64,000 bases of DNA, taken from contig JAQCLE010000005.1 in NCBI GenBank assembly GCA_027592755.1, positions 11,909-75,908 on the forward strand. The letters run 5' to 3'. The translations under genes and the position numbers were made by a program. The notes beneath the pieces were generated by a model. That model was given only the letters and a program-made list of their open reading frames with translations, was not told the DNA's origin and searched no databases. Source of the DNA: Bacteroidota bacterium (GTDB taxonomy: Bacteria; Bacteroidota; Bacteroidia; Cytophagales; Cyclobacteriaceae). Of the stretch, positions 56,607 to 64,000 are shown one piece after another (position 1 is the stretch's first letter; each line of letters starts with the position of its first letter).

Positions 56607-57869
56607 ATGTTAGATAGGACAATTGCCCCTCCGTACGGAAAGATCTCGGATTTTTCATTGATTGAACCTAAGCATACCATTTTACCAAATGGCTTGCCGC
56701 TTTTTACCATCAGTACTGGACGTCAGGAAGTAATAAGGCTGGAATTCATTACAAGAATTGGGTCAAAGCATGACCTCAAGCCTGGGCTGACATTTTTTAC
56801 ATCTAAAATGTTGGCAGAAGGAACATCAATGAGGACTTCTTCAGAGATAGCTGCGGCCCTGGATTATCTGGGGGTACATGTTGAGACAAATCCAGGAATA
56901 GATCATACAGGAATAAGCGTCTATTGCCTTTCAAAGCACCTCAGTGAAGTTTTATTAATTTTTAAGGATGTCTTGTTAGACCCTGTCTTCCCAGAGGAAG
57001 AGTTGAATACTCAAAAAACTATAAGAAAAGATGGACTGAAGGTTAATCTCGAAAAGAATCAATTTGTGGCATCCAGGAAAATAAGAACCTGTCTGTTTGG
57101 TATGAATCATCCTTACGGCAGGAATCTGGAGGTTGAACACATTGATGATATTTCAAGAAATGAAATTCTGAACTTTTATAAAACCGCTTTTTTTAACGAA
57201 CCGCTAATAATCGCAAGCGGATTCGTAAAGGAAAAGGAGATGGATTCAATTCAAAAGCATTTGGGTCATTTTCCACTTATGAAAGGTAATTTCAACACCT
57301 CATCCTATGAAGTAGATCAGGTTAAAAACCTTACCATTGAAAAACCAGATAGTTTGCAATCATCGCTGCGTTTGGGAAGATTGATCCCTTCCAAGAACCA
57401 TAAAGACTATCTCCCACTGCTTGTCGTTAATGAAATTTTTGGGGGTTATTTCGGTTCACGTTTGATGAAAAATATCAGGGAAGATAAAGGGTATACCTAT
57501 GGTGTACACTCCCAGGTGTTGAACCTTGAGCATGCGTCAATGCAGATTATTGGTGCTGATGTGAAAAAAGAATTTTCTCAAGCTACAATTGATGAGATTC
57601 ACAAGGAGATGAAGAAGCTAAAAGACGAACTGGTGTCTCCAAACGAGTTGGAGACGGTAAAAAATTACATGCTAGGCAGTTTTCTATCCTCTATTTCAAC
57701 ACCATTTAGCCTGGCGGATAAGTTCAAGTCGATATATTTCCATAATTTGGATTATAATTTTTATCGGGAATATATCGAAAACATCAACTCGATAACTTCA
57801 GATCAAATTCTCGAAACAGCCAGAAGTTATTTTAAGACTGAAAATTATAGTACAGTTGTCGTTGGCTGA
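56607..57869 (+). CDS. M16 (pitrilysin/insulinase) family protein, probably non-catalytic
   Basis: 420 aa with an M16 fold pattern. The position of the HxxEH zinc motif reads GLTFFTSKMLAEGT, so the zinc ligands are absent. Confidence 0.8.
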   Translation: MLDRTIAPPYGKISDFSLIEPKHTILPNGLPLFTISTGRQEVIRLEFITRIGSKHDLKPGLTFFTSKMLAEGTSMRTSSEIAAALDYLGVHVETNPGIDHTGISVYCLSKHLSEVLLIFKDVLLDPVFPEEELNTQKTIRKDGLKVNLEKNQFVASRKIRTCLFGMNHPYGRNLEVEHIDDISRNEILNFYKTAFFNEPLIIASGFVKEKEMDSIQKHLGHFPLMKGNFNTSSYEVDQVKNLTIEKPDSLQSSLRLGRLIPSKNHKDYLPLLVVNEIFGGYFGSRLMKNIREDKGYTYGVHSQVLNLEHASMQIIGADVKKEFSQATIDEIHKEMKKLKDELVSPNELETVKNYMLGSFLSSISTPFSLADKFKSIYFHNLDYNFYREYIENINSITSDQILETARSYFKTENYSTVVVG

Positions 57870-57961
57870 AATTAGATGGCTAAATTTGATAAGTTAATCA
57901 GGAAGTAGTGCGTGTCCAGGCTAGTGTAATCTGGTGGTGCTGTATCTTGATCGATTGATAT

Positions 57962-58036
57962 TCGGGGTGTAGCGCAGCCCGGTAGCGCACTACGTTCGGG
58001 ACGTAGGGGCCGCTGGTTCGAATCCAGTCACCCCGA
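57962..58036 (+). tRNA. tRNA-Pro (anticodon CGG)
   Basis: The fold is CGGGGTG TA GCGC AGCCCGGTA GCGC A CTACG TTCGGGA CGTAG GGGCC GCTGG TTCGAAAT CCAGT CACCCCG A. All stems pair. The T-loop is 8 nt (TTCGAAAT) instead of 7. CCA is not encoded. Confidence 0.85.
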
Positions 58037-58037
58037 C

Positions 58038-58064
58038 AAAAGCCGCTCTAGGGCGGCTTTTGTC
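58038..58064. terminator. bidirectional terminator hairpin after tRNA-Pro
   Basis: The sequence is ACAAAAGCCGC-TCTAGG-GCGGCTTTTGT. It lies between tRNA-Pro (+) and the convergent lipoprotein gene (-). Confidence 0.55.
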
Positions 58065-58078
58065 TAATATTCGGTTAT

Positions 58079-58663
58079 TTACTCCACCCTCAAATCCCAG
58101 ATCAAATCAACATCTGTTTCGCCCTGTGTTACTGTTGATGAACTGCTTTTAATTCCCGGCTGATGTTTTAGTACTACCCTGAAGTTTCCCGCACCGATTT
58201 CACCTGTGGTCCATAAAGTTTCGAGTCCAAGGGGCAAACCATCCGAATCCTGGTCGAGGTAATTAATTGGATCAGCACGATTATCAATGTTTCCATTTCC
58301 ATCAGGATCTGAAAATAGCCCGTCTGTCCAGGCTAAGAAGATGAGATGTTCCGCAGCTTCGGCAGCAACTTCATCAGTGATACTTTCGCCAGCAACTGAA
58401 TTTTCAAGGGCAATTTTCAAGTGATATGTCTTATTTGGCTCAAGTACAATGTCATCAAGAATCTGAATACTTTCTGGGCCTTCTCCATCCGGGTCTACAG
58501 CCCTGGCTGTAATTGTAGTTACACCTCCCAAAGCATCAAAACTCAGGATCACATCGGTAATGATCTCTTCTTCGTTTTCTGCCGGGGGAACGTCATCATC
58601 ATTACATGAAACATATAATGACAAGATGAAGCTTATAATAAGAATGAGTTTTTCGATTTGCAC
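58079..58663 (-). CDS. acidic lipoprotein of unknown function, co-transcribed with the TonB-dependent receptor
   Basis: The GTG at 58663 gives MQIEKLILIISFILSLYVSC (lipobox), 20 nt after the receptor stop. The mature protein is rich in D/E/G (DPDGEGPES, DPDGNGNIDNRADPINYLDQDSDG). Confidence 0.6.
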   Translation of the reverse strand: MQIEKLILIISFILSLYVSCNDDDVPPAENEEEIITDVILSFDALGGVTTITARAVDPDGEGPESIQILDDIVLEPNKTYHLKIALENSVAGESITDEVAAEAAEHLIFLAWTDGLFSDPDGNGNIDNRADPINYLDQDSDGLPLGLETLWTTGEIGAGNFRVVLKHQPGIKSSSSTVTQGETDVDLIWDLRVE

Positions 58664-58682
58664 AGGTGTTCTAATCAATGAT

Positions 58683-61088
58683 TCAAATGCGGTAAATAAA
58701 TGAAAGACCAATATTTCGACCAGTTTCATCAGCGAAATATCTCAACCGGTTTGTGTAACTCCTGTAATCGACATTTAACATGTTTTTAGCTTGCAGCAGC
58801 AACGTGAACTTTCTGATTGTTGAACGGAACGAAATGTTTGTAAGGAAGTACCCCTCGGGTTCTTTTAAGAAATCAAAATTGGAGGTGTCTTCACTGAACA
58901 AATCTTCACCTTTTGACTGGGCTTCAAGAATTTGTCCCAGACTTACAATTCTTTTGGGTGCTTGATATTGTTTGAAAGAATAATACAATGAAACACTAAT
59001 TTTAGTTTCATCAAAGAACTCAAGCTTCGGTTTAAAACTCAATTCATACTGCAGGTTCGACGGAGGTTGTCCGACAAAAAAATCATTGTTCGAGACATCT
59101 TTCGACCATAAATAGCTTCCTCTCACCAAGCTTGATATAACACCGGAGTGTTTCCAAAAAAGGTTAAGATCAACACCCCAGAGAAGGGCATCTGTCTGTT
59201 CAAACACAAAAAACGGAAACGGCCCTCTGACGGTATTTGTTATTCCGGCAGGTCGAGAATAGATGTAATTAAAAACGTAGTTTGAATAAACAGTTATGTC
59301 CAGATTATATCGATCGTTGTACTTTTCAAATGAATTCACCCATTTCAAACCGAATTCGTTTGGTGTGGATTTTTCGATGGTTGACACCAGTTTTGTATTG
59401 ATGTTGTGGTTTTCATCATATTCAAAGCGCAATAGACCGGTTTCATTGATGAATTCATTTTTCCCCAGGCGGTAGAGATCCACGACACTTGGCGGACGCC
59501 AGGCACTTCCGAAGTTTGTCCGGAATGTTGCATTAGAAGAGAATTCATGATTCAACCCAAGGGTTGCAGTAATATTTTGGAAGTCGAGCTCGTTTCTAAA
59601 AATGCTGTTATCAGTATCTCTGCCCCGTACAGACGAGTATTGATAGTCATATCTTATTCCAGCCTCAAATGTATTCATACCTCGTTCCATTGATTCGATA
59701 ATGAAAATTCCGAATCTCGAATTATTGAAATTAGGAATGAAAGATATTGTATTTGTACCCGGCAAATTGTTATTATCCTGATAGAGGGTTTGAATTCCAA
59801 TGATTCCATTTAGATTATTGATCTGAGGATGATTCCAATCCAAATCCAGGCTATGTGATATAAGTTGCAGGCTGATGGAAGGGGCATCATTATTGGAACC
59901 CCGACGGATATCGAATTCCATTCGGCGATTGACCTGATAGCCGTATTGAAAATTAAACGACTGATTTTCCTTCAAATATGCGCCTTTTAACTTCACCAGG
60001 TCATGATCAACCTCCTGGCGAGGCGTTTTAATGCGGTAAGAAAAAGATCTTGTATTTTGAGGAGGTTCATTTGATATTGCGCCATCCAGGTCATTAAGAT
60101 CTCCAACTACAGAACCTCTTAAAATTCCCAATTCCTGACTGAAATGACTATAGTACAGCTCTATGTCGATGTTTGATAAATGATAATTAGCTCCGGTTGC
60201 AAAGCTCAATTCATTCTTTCCTGTATTGGAAAGGTTGTAATCTGGTGCCCTGAGGTCACCTTGTTTCAATAATGATGCCTCAGCTAAAAGGCCAAAGCGG
60301 TTAAATCCTTTCTGGAGCTTAATGGTTGATTCTCCTGATCTCCCATTGGAATTTCCGGCAAGCTTGATTTCTCCATGAAGATGTTCTGATAATTCAATTT
60401 TGGGAGGATTTATGAGGATGACGCCACCCAGGGCATCAGCACCATAACGAACTGTAGCAGCACCTTTAATGACTTCCAAATTGTCAGCCAATGAAGGATC
60501 AATTTCCGGGGCATGTTCAACACCCCAATTTTGAAACTCATGCCGTATTCCATTATTGATAATGAGAATCCTGTTACTGTGTAAACCATGTAGCACAGGT
60601 TTCACAATATTCTGCCCAGTACTGATTGTTGAAATTCCGGCAATTGATCCAGCAACATCTCCAAAACTCCCGGACTGAACTACTTCCAAATCTTCAGCTT
60701 TGATCAATGTTGATGTTGTAGACGTTAAATCACCTGTTGGTTTTTGGCCCTCAATAACTACGCTCTCCAAAACGAACTCATCTGAGGCAAGATAAATCTT
60801 TGGGCTTTCATGGTAAATATCATGGTGGTGAACAGTTTTATGGTATCCAACATGAGAAATTGAGAGGTTGAATTCGGATTGACAAATATTATTGATTTTG
60901 AAAAATCCACTATCATCTGCCACATTACCATTCTGGGTTCCCTCTATTTGAACAGTGACATAGGGGATTGGCATTCTGGTGTTTAGATCATAAATATTTC
61001 CTTCGACCTCATAGGTACAATTCTGAGCAGTGAGGTTTAAGGTATTTTGTATTAGAATTATTAAAAAATAAATCTGAAGGCTTCTCAT
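58683..61088 (-). CDS. TonB-dependent receptor with N-terminal carboxypeptidase-regulatory-like domain
   Basis: 801 aa with a signal peptide, a CarbopepD_reg-like segment (IPYVTVQIEGTQNGNVADDSGFFKI), a plug (VIKGAATVRYGADALGGVILI) and a barrel ending ...GLSFIYRI. Confidence 0.9.
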   Translation of the reverse strand: MRSLQIYFLIILIQNTLNLTAQNCTYEVEGNIYDLNTRMPIPYVTVQIEGTQNGNVADDSGFFKINNICQSEFNLSISHVGYHKTVHHHDIYHESPKIYLASDEFVLESVVIEGQKPTGDLTSTTSTLIKAEDLEVVQSGSFGDVAGSIAGISTISTGQNIVKPVLHGLHSNRILIINNGIRHEFQNWGVEHAPEIDPSLADNLEVIKGAATVRYGADALGGVILINPPKIELSEHLHGEIKLAGNSNGRSGESTIKLQKGFNRFGLLAEASLLKQGDLRAPDYNLSNTGKNELSFATGANYHLSNIDIELYYSHFSQELGILRGSVVGDLNDLDGAISNEPPQNTRSFSYRIKTPRQEVDHDLVKLKGAYLKENQSFNFQYGYQVNRRMEFDIRRGSNNDAPSISLQLISHSLDLDWNHPQINNLNGIIGIQTLYQDNNNLPGTNTISFIPNFNNSRFGIFIIESMERGMNTFEAGIRYDYQYSSVRGRDTDNSIFRNELDFQNITATLGLNHEFSSNATFRTNFGSAWRPPSVVDLYRLGKNEFINETGLLRFEYDENHNINTKLVSTIEKSTPNEFGLKWVNSFEKYNDRYNLDITVYSNYVFNYIYSRPAGITNTVRGPFPFFVFEQTDALLWGVDLNLFWKHSGVISSLVRGSYLWSKDVSNNDFFVGQPPSNLQYELSFKPKLEFFDETKISVSLYYSFKQYQAPKRIVSLGQILEAQSKGEDLFSEDTSNFDFLKEPEGYFLTNISFRSTIRKFTLLLQAKNMLNVDYRSYTNRLRYFADETGRNIGLSFIYRI

Positions 61089-61104
61089 GGGGTGAGTTAA
61101 ATTG

Positions 61105-61530
61105 TCAATTAGAGATGCACTTACTACATAAACCGTTTACAAGAAGATTTGCTTCGGTGATTTTGTAACCTGATATCTCTGGAACTGGAACATGATAAGA
61201 AGGAAGGCATTCAATGTTCCCGCAAGCGTCACATTTAAAATGAACATGATTATGATGATGATGATGGGGGGAGCATGTATCATAGCAGATACCGAAGCTA
61301 ATGAACCCACTGTCACTAAATATTTTATGTATAATTCCTTTGTCAATGAACGAATTGAGTGTTCGGTAGAGTGTAACACGGTCATATTGAGTAAGCTTCC
61401 CCTCCAAATCCTTAAATGATAGGGCATGACCGGTTCCAAGAAAAGAGTCCAGAACGTCGATCCTACATGCAGTTATTCTCATGGCATGCGCTCTCAAAAT
61501 GGCTTCTAAATCGCCGTAAATCATGGTCAA
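61105..61530 (-). CDS. Fur family metalloregulator (Zur-like features)
   Basis: 141 aa with a winged helix (RITACRIDVLDSF...VTLYRTLNSF), a His run plus CxxC (CSPHHHHHNHVHFKCDACG) and a C-terminal CSKC. It ends 16 nt upstream of the receptor gene. Confidence 0.85.
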   Translation of the reverse strand: MTMIYGDLEAILRAHAMRITACRIDVLDSFLGTGHALSFKDLEGKLTQYDRVTLYRTLNSFIDKGIIHKIFSDSGFISFGICYDTCSPHHHHHNHVHFKCDACGNIECLPSYHVPVPEISGYKITEANLLVNGLCSKCISN

Positions 61531-61546
61531 CCAAAATTAGTATAAA

Positions 61547-61561
61547 TGCAATAGAGTTGCA
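61547..61561. promoter_or_regulatory. inverted repeat TGCAA-N5-TTGCA upstream of the fur-family gene
   Basis: The sequence is TGCAATAGAGTTGCA, 17-31 nt upstream of the ATG at 61530, in the 72-nt padR-fur spacer. It is a candidate operator. Confidence 0.3.
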
Positions 61562-61602
61562 AATAGATGCCACAACTTGTATGAAATTTACATCAGAGCT
61601 AA

Positions 61603-61956
61603 TTACGAGGGTCGTAACAACATGATCATGGTTCTTGCGAATCGCATGAATTCTTCCACCATTTCAGCACTTTTATTTCGCCCTTTAGCAGTTATAGTAT
61701 AATATAGCCTAACACGTTTACCGATGTTCATTTGACTCATCGTAACCAATTCATTTCGCTCCAACTTATGAAGTGTAGGGTAGATTGAACCAAAAGGAAG
61801 GTTTATTTCCCCATTTGAGGATTCTTTTACTTTCTGGATTATTTCGTACCCATATAGAGAATTATTCTCAGCGAGAAGTTTTAAAACGATAGTTTCAAAG
61901 GTGCCTTTTAAGAGTTGAGAAGAATACATATCGAATAAGAATATATCATAAAGCAA
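61603..61956 (-). CDS. PadR family transcriptional regulator
   Basis: It has LLKGTFETIVLKLLAENNSLYGYEIIQKV...GSIYPTLHKLERNELV, the PadR winged-helix signature. The likely start is M10 (61929). Confidence 0.85.
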   Translation of the reverse strand: MLYDIFLFDMYSSQLLKGTFETIVLKLLAENNSLYGYEIIQKVKESSNGEINLPFGSIYPTLHKLERNELVTMSQMNIGKRVRLYYTITAKGRNKSAEMVEEFMRFARTMIMLLRPS

Positions 61957-61958
61957 TA

Positions 61959-62513
61959 TTAGCGTATATAGAATGAATGTCCGTGATATTGAACCAATAT
62001 ATCTTTTTTGATGGACTTGATTCCTTCTACGATTTTACCAATAGATACAGGTCTTCCAATCCCTGCCATGTCTTTGATAGCAATTTCTTCGGCGCCCATG
62101 TCGATGAGTTCGCTAGCCATATTTACAAAGTAATCAACCGTATGAATTTCCGAATAGGTAATACACAAGGCAGCCTGAGAAACCATTCCTCCCTGCTTTG
62201 CATAATCAATAGAAAGTTTTAGGTTTCTCACGTCATTGAGTCCGTCAAAGGACCTTGAAATGTCTGTTCCTTGAATCTTTTTCACCTTGAACATCAACTT
62301 CCTAACGTCTTTTGGTACTGGAAACATCCGCAATCCATTAAGCCCACGCTCTAACATTTGTGTTTGAATGCCGGCATCGTTAAATGGCTGGGTCCAATCC
62401 CTAACCGACTTATTGGGGTTTTCTCCATAAAGCAGGTTGATCTGCTCAAATCCTTCTCCATTGGTTTCAACTCGAGTAAAACAGCCCATATCGAGAATAG
62501 GTTCAGCAATCAA
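61959..62513 (-). pseudogene. remnant of an oxaloacetate decarboxylase alpha / pyruvate carboxylase subunit B carboxyltransferase (HMGL-like) domain
   Basis: 184 aa with a TTG start immediately after an in-frame TAG. It matches only the middle of the TIM-barrel domain (QTQMLERGLNG, SFDGLNDVRNL, IAIKDMAGIGRP, and it ends at QYHGH). The N-terminal RDGHQS motif, the rest of the domain and the biotinyl domain are missing. Confidence 0.6.
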
Positions 62514-62628
62514 CTAAGTGAAAAATTGAATTGAAAATGCTGAAAATTTTACATGCCTGAAGTGTAGATTTTGAAATACGGAAACGGGATTAGATGTTCG
62601 CTTCCTAATAGTTAAATAGCCAATTGAA

Positions 62629-64000
62629 TTAGTCAAATATATAAGACAGCTCGATTCCACTGAACCAATTTATTTCCTGACCGGGATAATAGTACCGCTT
62701 GTTAAATGGAGGATTAATTAATATTTGAGAAGCATACTTTTCATCAAACAGGTTGTTCACACCTCCATATACATCAAGACTAAAATCACCAAATGAATGA
62801 CGAAATCCTAGTTTCATATTTATTACCTGATAAGCCTCTGAAAAAATTGAGTTGTCATCCAGAATGGGAATTTCATCTACGAAGCGGTAGTTGATGTTAC
62901 CATAAATCCCAATAGAGGTGTTCAGGTCAATAATTCCATTCAAGGTGCTACGTGGCACGCCTGTTAACCTGTTTCCAGAGAAGTCATCTTCATTGTTAAC
63001 AAAAGTTTTGAATTTATAGGCTGAAAGAGAATAATTAAAGTGGGTATTTATACTGCTAACAAAACCTGATGAATTTTGATATATTTGATAACCCAAGGCC
63101 ATTTCGAACCCATTGTGAGTTGTTTTTCCGGCATTCACCCCAATTGATTCGTTGGAGCCTTCCATTCTCCTGCGAGAGACGAGGAGGTCCCTTACTCTTA
63201 ATGTATAAACGCCTATATCATAAATTAACTTGTTGCTGAATAAACTTCCTCTACTACCTATTTCATAGTTGAACCCTGTTTCTGGCTCTATGGCTGGGTT
63301 AATAAGTCCTTCTGAATCTCTGGTTTCTTCAAATGTCGGGGTTCCAAATCCGTGACTGACGGAGCCGTGAATAGCTACATTGGGATTAATTTTATAGTTC
63401 AATCCAATTCTGGGGGAAGCAATAACATCAAATTCGATAATACCCGACTGATCTCCATCCTGTTTAAAGAGGTCTTCGAAATTATATTTGGTCTGGTTAA
63501 GGTTAACACCAGCGATAAGTGCAAACTTTTCGGTGAATTGCCAATCTCCTTGAATAAAATAGTTTTGATACTCCCGATTTACATTATGGTGACTTTGAAT
63601 AACGCCAGGTAAATCAGGGAGGCTGTCGTTAAGGTGAGTTGTTGCAATAAGACGATCACGGAATACTTCAGTGCCGAAGGTAAGGATTGGGAGTGCTTTG
63701 GCCGACCCAAGATCATATTGGTATTTGAATCTCAGTCCATAACCATTAACGTTTTCGCGGAGAATATCGAAAGGCGCAACTTCGTTGGAATTTCTAAAAT
63801 TGGTAAAAACGCTATAAACTAGATTCATCCTGTCCGAAAATTGGTGCTCAAAAGAAACACCAAGAAGGCCTTTCTTATTGTCTTCAAATCCTTTAGCTTG
63901 TTGCCATATAAAAGCCGCAGCTCTAGGGTTTTCAGCAAAAGTGGCACTATCAATACTGCTGGGAATGAACGCCTTGAGGTCTATAAAATTAAAAATGAAG
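62629..64000 (-). CDS. TonB-dependent receptor, C-terminal barrel portion (5' end outside the window)
   Basis: The frame of track ORF 62629..63828 stays open upstream to 64000. My translation is FIFNFIDLKAFIPSSIDSATFAENPRAAAFIWQQAKGFEDNKKGLLGVSFEHQFSDR-MNLVYS.... It shows a beta-barrel strand pattern with alternating aromatic residues. Confidence 0.85.
   Translation of the reverse strand, partial: FIFNFIDLKAFIPSSIDSATFAENPRAAAFIWQQAKGFEDNKKGLLGVSFEHQFSDRMNLVYSVFTNFRNSNEVAPFDILRENVNGYGLRFKYQYDLGSAKALPILTFGTEVFRDRLIATTHLNDSLPDLPGVIQSHHNVNREYQNYFIQGDWQFTEKFALIAGVNLNQTKYNFEDLFKQDGDQSGIIEFDVIASPRIGLNYKINPNVAIHGSVSHGFGTPTFEETRDSEGLINPAIEPETGFNYEIGSRGSLFSNKLIYDIGVYTLRVRDLLVSRRRMEGSNESIGVNAGKTTHNGFEMALGYQIYQNSSGFVSSINTHFNYSLSAYKFKTFVNNEDDFSGNRLTGVPRSTLNGIIDLNTSIGIYGNINYRFVDEIPILDDNSIFSEAYQVINMKLGFRHSFGDFSLDVYGGVNNLFDEKYASQILINPPFNKRYYYPGQEINWFSGIELSYIFD

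Noticed and set aside
57962-62628. A genomic island integrated at tRNA-Pro.
   Set aside because: I saw no integrase or recombinase. I could find no direct repeat of the tRNA 3' end (GGTTCGAAATCCAGTCACCCCGA) near 62.5 kb by eye. The gene remnant indicates rearrangement but not a defined mobile element.
1-64000. CRISPR arrays, rRNA genes, IS elements or transposases, prophage genes.
   Set aside because: Intergenic gaps are all below 420 nt. I saw no spaced direct repeats, and no ORF carried DDE, integrase or phage-structural motifs.

Overview
The window is a gene-dense (about 47 CDS), AT-rich chromosomal segment that looks like Bacteroidota (Cytophagia/Flavobacteriia-like). The phylum call rests on the type IX secretion genes sprA, porU and porV, a 'gliding-motility' T9SS type-B C-terminal-domain cargo protein, TonB-dependent receptors and TAnnTTTG-type promoter boxes. 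Most genes are housekeeping: hemA, bcp, fabD, yggS, serA, maeB, ruvA, gcvH, pssA, yicC and tRNA-Pro. Five patches look accessory or unusual. (1) Just after yggS sit a decayed tRNA-Thr-like element, a membrane class III cyclase and a three-gene HipB/HipS/HipT-type split-kinase toxin-antitoxin module with operator-like repeats. (2) A cluster encodes an apparently periplasmic FAD (GMC) dehydrogenase, a Tat-signal small subunit, two secreted TIM-barrel 'sugar isomerase' proteins and unknown lipoproteins; I infer an oxidative (keto-sugar) glycoside pathway. (3) A Fur-family regulator, a TonB-dependent receptor and an acidic lipoprotein form an operon next to tRNA-Pro, flanked by a padR gene and a gene remnant. 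(4) An NRAMP-fold transporter lacks the canonical metal-binding motifs and sits downstream of a double-thioredoxin protein gene. (5) A 1075-aa protein fuses a beta-propeller to an Omp85-like barrel. Three single-base homopolymer anomalies (two frameshifted genes and an 8-nt T-loop in tRNA-Pro) suggest assembly indel errors. I saw no CRISPR array, integrase, transposase or rRNA. All family calls come from reading motifs by eye; no database search was run.
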